64,000 nt of DNA from assembly GCA_963749495.1 (NCBI GenBank), contig CAVVMW010000018.1, positions 62,240 to 126,239 on the forward strand. Direction: 5' to 3'. The notes beneath the pieces are model-generated. The model searched no databases, was not told the DNA's origin, and was given only the letters and a program-made list of their open reading frames with translations. Position numbers and translations under genes: made by a program. This document shows positions 59,637 to 64,000 of the stretch, piece after piece (the first letter of the stretch is position 1; each line of letters starts with the position of its first letter). Source of the DNA: an uncultured bacterium (GTDB lineage: Bacteria > Verrucomicrobiota > Verrucomicrobiia > Limisphaerales > UBA8199).

Positions 59637-60029
59637 ATGTGCATGAACATCGTTTCTATGAAAAAGTGGCTCCACTGGAGCGCCGCCCTTTGCTCGCTCC
59701 TGCTCCTGGCCTGCGCTGTGGCGGGCTGCAAGAAGCCCGTTGCGGGCACTAATGCCGATTCGAAGCTCTTTCAGTCGGCCGCCCCCGAAATCAAATCCGC
59801 CTGGGACGACGGCGTGGCGGCGATGCAAACCAACGGCTATGTTCCGGCCTATCTGGGTCTCCGGCAATTGCGCGCCCAACCGGGCGTGACCCAGGAGCAG
59901 AAAGACGCCATCAACGCCCGGCTCAAGCAGATCAACACCCAGTTGGGCGAGGCCGCCCAAAAGGGCGACACGAGCGCCGCCGAGGCCCTCACCGAGATCC
60001 GCAACGCTTCCCGAATGCGCGGGCGGTGA
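59637..60029 (+). CDS. Small lipoprotein (paralog family)
   Basis: Lipobox LLACAVAGC, plus QSAAPEIKSAWDDGVAAMQTNGYVPAYLGLRQLRAQPGVTQEQ. Confidence 0.7.
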   Translation: MCMNIVSMKKWLHWSAALCSLLLLACAVAGCKKPVAGTNADSKLFQSAAPEIKSAWDDGVAAMQTNGYVPAYLGLRQLRAQPGVTQEQKDAINARLKQINTQLGEAAQKGDTSAAEALTEIRNASRMRGR

Positions 60030-60137
60030 CGTGCCGTCCCGCTGACGGGCACCCCAAATTGCAAAGCGCCTGGAGATGCGCGGCACGCCCGCGTTCTGGC
60101 TCCATGAGCGCCGCCCCGCCCGGCCGGGGGATTATTG

Positions 60138-60403
60138 GGTGCGATTAAAACTGTCGGTCAGCCCACGGCGCCTTTTTGCCCCGAAGGGGCTTCCGACAAT
60201 AGCCCGGCGTTTCAACGCCGGGTCAACGAACCGAAAGAGCAGGTCCGTCCCGAAGGGACGGCTGAAAGCAACGAGTGTTCTCAGTCGTCCCTTCGGGACG
60301 AGGGTCCCTTTTGTGGCCTCCCCGGCGTTGAAACGCCGGGCTATTGTCAGATGTCCCTCCGGGACAAAGCTCCAAGGGGCATGCCCACTCTTCTAATCGC
60401 ACC
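60138..60403 (+). repeat. Family-3 MITE-like element with a perfect 9-bp flanking duplication
   Basis: GGTGCGATTAAAACTG...CTTCTAATCGCACC. GGGATTATT occurs at 60128-60136 and 60405-60413. Confidence 0.9.
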
Positions 60404-60828
60404 TGGGATTATTCCAACCATTGACACCCCAACCCCTTGGGCTAGATTGCGGCGCATGATGACGCCGCGTAACGAGACACGACAGGGCCACCCGGCCGCG
60501 GGCGCTTCCCGACACTGCCCCCGGAGTGCCCTCGTCGCCGGGCTGAAAGCCCGAAATGTGACAGCCTGGGCTGGAGCGAGCTTGCGAGCGGAGGCCCAGG
60601 TCATCGGGCCGGAATCTGGCGCGCCCTGTAGGGGCGCCATAAGGTCCCGGCCCTACAGGCCGGGGCTTTTCGAGGGGCACTGGCTTACCCGGGCCTCCGC
60701 TCCGCTCCAGCCCGGGCCATCACATGGCGGGCCTTCGGCCCTGGGGCGCCGGGGGGGATTGGTCCGGGCCAGGCAGGAAATGCCGGACATCTCGATGGCG
60801 GCGGTGTATAGTGATCCGGATTGAGTTC

Positions 60829-62277
60829 ATGAGCACGGCAACGGAAACCATCGAGGGCCTGGTCCAGAAGGAGTACAAGTACGGCTTCTACACGGACCTG
60901 GAGGCGGACTCGGCGCCGCCGGGCCTGAACGAGGACATCATCCGGCTGATCTCGGCCAAGAAGAACGAGCCGGCGTTCATGCTGGAGTGGCGGCTGAAGG
61001 CCTACCGGCATTGGCTCACGATGAAGGAGCCGGCGTGGCCGCACGTGCATTACCCGCCCATCGACTATCAGAAGGCGGTCTATTATTCGGCGCCCAAGCA
61101 GCGGGGCCAAGGGCCCAGGAGCCTGGAGGAGGTCGACCCCAAGCTGCTGGAGACCTACGAGAAGTTGGGCATCCCGCTCAAGGAACGGGAGCGGTTGGCC
61201 GGCGTGGCGGTGGACGCGGTCTTCGACAGCGTCTCGGTGGGCACGACCTTCAAGGAGAAGCTGGCGGAGCGGGGCATAATCTTCTGCTCGTTCAGCGAGG
61301 CGGTGCAGCAGCACCCGGACCTGGTCAGGAAGTACCTGGGCATGGTCGTGCCGTACACGGACAACTTTTTCGCCGCCCTCAATTCCGCGGTGTTCAGCGA
61401 CGGCTCGTTTTGCTTCATCCCCAAGGGCGTGCGGTGTCCCATGGAGCTCTCGACCTATTTCCGCATCAACGCCGCCAACACCGGCCAGTTCGAGCGGACG
61501 CTCATCGTGGCCGAAGACGGGGCCTCGGTGAGCTACCTGGAGGGGTGCACCGCCCCGATGCGCGACGAGCACCAGTTGCACGCCGCGGTGGTGGAGCTGA
61601 TCGCCCTGGACAACGCCCAGATCAAGTACTCGACCGTCCAGAACTGGTACCCGGGCGACGAACAGGGGCGCGGCGGCATCTACAACTTCGTCACCAAACG
61701 CGGCCTCTGCAAAGGCAAGAACTCGAAGATCTCCTGGACCCAGGTCGAGACCGGCTCGGCCATTACCTGGAAATACCCGAGTTGCATCCTCCTGGGCGAT
61801 AATTCCATCGGCGAGTTCTACTCCGTGGCCGTCACCAACCACTTTCAGCAGGCCGACACCGGCACCAAGATGGTCCACCTGGGCAAGAACACGCGCAGCA
61901 CCATCGTCTCCAAGGGCATCGCCGCCGGCCACGGCCAGAACAGCTACCGCGGCCTGGTCAAGGTGCAAAAGAGCGCACTCAACGCCCGCAATTTCTCCCA
62001 GTGCGATTCGCTCCTGCTGGGCGACAAGTGCGGCGCCCATACATTCCCCTACATCGAGGTCAAGAACACCTCCGGCCGCGTCGAGCACGAGGCCTCGACC
62101 TCGAAGATCGGCGAGGACCAGATCTTCTACTGCAACCAGCGCGGCCTCTCGACCCAGGACGCCGTCAACATGATCGTCAACGGTTTCTGCAAGGAGGTCT
62201 TCCGCGAACTGCCGATGGAATTCGCCGTCGAGGCCCAGAAACTCCTCGGCGTGAGCCTCGAGGGGAGCGTGGGGTGA
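60829..62277 (+). CDS. sufB: Fe-S cluster assembly protein SufB
   Basis: [25 protein letters not shown]...; 482 aa, with conserved SufB sequence throughout. Confidence 0.95.
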   Translation: MSTATETIEGLVQKEYKYGFYTDLEADSAPPGLNEDIIRLISAKKNEPAFMLEWRLKAYRHWLTMKEPAWPHVHYPPIDYQKAVYYSAPKQRGQGPRSLEEVDPKLLETYEKLGIPLKERERLAGVAVDAVFDSVSVGTTFKEKLAERGIIFCSFSEAVQQHPDLVRKYLGMVVPYTDNFFAALNSAVFSDGSFCFIPKGVRCPMELSTYFRINAANTGQFERTLIVAEDGASVSYLEGCTAPMRDEHQLHAAVVELIALDNAQIKYSTVQNWYPGDEQGRGGIYNFVTKRGLCKGKNSKISWTQVETGSAITWKYPSCILLGDNSIGEFYSVAVTNHFQQADTGTKMVHLGKNTRSTIVSKGIAAGHGQNSYRGLVKVQKSALNARNFSQCDSLLLGDKCGAHTFPYIEVKNTSGRVEHEASTSKIGEDQIFYCNQRGLSTQDAVNMIVNGFCKEVFRELPMEFAVEAQKLLGVSLEGSVG

Positions 62278-62322
62278 GCACTGAAACAACCGATCCTGGA
62301 GATTGTTGATCTCAACGCCGGC

Positions 62323-63051
<729 letters not shown>

Positions 63052-63089
63052 AGGCTAAAGGCTAAGGTGCAGCGGGGCAGGGCGCACGA

Positions 63090-63363
63090 CAGAGTTCTTC
63101 GCGTGCATGATGGGGCCGGAGGTGCGTGCTCTGGACGCCAAAGGCGTCGTTCATACCAGCCCAGGGCAACGCCCTGGGAACAACCGCCAATAATCATCTG
63201 GAGCGCTGAAAGCGCGATTCATCCGCCGGGAGCTTCATGACGCAGGCCGTTGGCCTGCAACAGAATAGATGATGGGCGGTGGACCCAGGGCGACGGCCCG
63301 CCTGCGTTGCGCTCCGGCGGGCCTTGCCCTGGGCTGGTATGACTCAGGCCTTCGGCCTGAACC
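63090..63363. repeat. Family-5 foldback repeat, intact reference copy
   Basis: Arms are TCATACCAGCCCAGGGCAA (63151-63169) and TTGCCCTGGGCTGGTATGA (63324-63342). The apex palindrome CAGGCCGTTGGCCTG is at 63243-63257. Confidence 0.9.
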
Positions 63364-63381
63364 CCAGCGCGCAAACTCCGC

Positions 63382-63594
63382 CTAATGCTTCTTCAAGAGC
63401 GCCAGCAGCTTGCCGTCCAGCCTGTGCCCGTGCCGATCCTCGTAGAATCCCGAAGGGAAATATCCCCGGCAGCCCTGGGCGATGTTCAGTTCCTTGAGTT
63501 CGGGAGTCACCAGGTTTCCGACCCTGTTTCCGTCAGCAATCACCCGATGGCCCGGGTTGGCGGCGCGAATGGCCTCGGTTGCGCCCTTGGCCAC
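63382..63594 (-). pseudogene. Gene fragment, possibly a glycoside-hydrolase remnant, truncated by a family-2 repeat
   Basis: 70-aa ORF (EAIRAANPGHRVIADGNRVGN...) whose upstream side abuts the repeat at 63598. Weak similarity only. Confidence 0.25.
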
Positions 63595-63597
63595 CGC

Positions 63598-63659
63598 CCG
63601 CGAAGCGTTTTGGACTGCCGCAGTCCAAAACCTTGCGGGCTTGGCGACGGTTCATGGAG
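63598..63659. repeat. Family-2 repeat, short form
   Basis: CGAAGCGTTTTGGACTGCCGCAGTCCAAAACCTTGCGGGCTTGGCGACGGTTCATGGAG. Confidence 0.9.
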
Positions 63660-63717
63660 ATCCCCCTTTGGCTTCTGCCAATGCATTGGGACCGTGAACC
63701 GGTCAGGGGCCCCGAGG

Positions 63718-63837
63718 CTGCGAAGCGTTTTGGACTGCGGCAGTCCTCTGCCGCTTTTCCAACCCCAGCGCGCACGAAAGCGGCAGAGGACTGCCGCAGT
63801 CCAAAACCTTGCGGGCTTGGCGACGGTTCATGGAGAG
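63718..63837. repeat. Family-2 repeat, long form
   Basis: GTTTTGGACTGCGGCAGTCCTCTGCCGCTTT...AAAGCGGCAGAGGACTGCCGCAGTCCAAAACCTTGCGGGCTTGGCGACGGTTCATGGAG. Confidence 0.9.
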
Positions 63838-63907
63838 CTTGTGCCAGCCGCAGGGCAAAGAGCAAGAATAGAAGTGCTTTCTCCCGAAAACCTGAATGGG
63901 CGAAACG

Positions 63908-64000
63908 GGCGCGATTAGAACTGTCGGCCCGCCGCCGGGGCCTCTTTGCCCCGAAGGGGTTTCCGAGAGTAGCCCGGCGTTTCAACTTTCAACGCCGGGT
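63908..64000 (+). repeat. Family-3 MITE-like element, partial (runs off the window)
   Basis: GGCGCGATTAGAACTGTCGG...GCCCCGAAGGGG...AGCCCGGCGTTTCAAC, a diverged left end. Confidence 0.8.

Noticed and set aside
60421-60448. TTGACA-16-TAGATT as the suf operon promoter
   Set aside because: The hexamers and spacing are good. However, it lies about 380 nt upstream of sufB across repeat-derived sequence, so the assignment to suf is too uncertain to list as a feature.
62281-62322. An earlier start for sufC, because homology ([10 protein letters not shown]) extends upstream of GTG 62323
   Set aside because: No ATG, GTG or TTG is in frame between the sufB stop (62275-62277) and 62323. Only CTG, ATC or ATT are available. 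GTG 62323 is kept and the uncertainty is flagged.

Overview
GC-rich chromosomal segment. Gene content points to a PVC-superphylum, Verrucomicrobiota-like organism (inference): prepilin-type pseudopilins, a PEP-CTERM protein, a CotH/lamin-tail protein, a CSLREA beta-helix protein and RFYRL-type C-terminal domains. Backbone genes run in this order: a sugar-acid module (enolase-superfamily dehydratase, RraA-like, PIG-L deacetylase, Na+/solute symporter); large secreted glycosidase-like and CotH/LTD proteins; an amino-acid/aryl-2-oxoacid module (Liv-type ABC transporter, paaK, iorAB); then rpoD, htpX, prc, an isochorismatase, a DEAD-box helicase, an M64 peptidase, pseudopilin plus small-lipoprotein paralogs, and sufBC. 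Three things stand out. (1) There are at least six unrelated families of palindromic/foldback interspersed repeats, many copies each. They sit between cistrons, at gene 5' ends and once in-frame inside a CDS, and nested insertions give a relative chronology. (2) There are three mobile elements. A 3.3-kb four-gene large-serine-recombinase element is inserted exactly at the apex palindrome of one repeat family, and attL, attR and uninterrupted attB-like copies are all present in this window. The other two are a frameshifted IS1380-family copy and an IS4-family copy. (3) About nine apparent 1-nt frameshifts hit otherwise conserved genes. This looks more like assembly indels than mass pseudogenisation, so every pseudogene call here is provisional. 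No rRNA, tRNA or CRISPR array was recognised.
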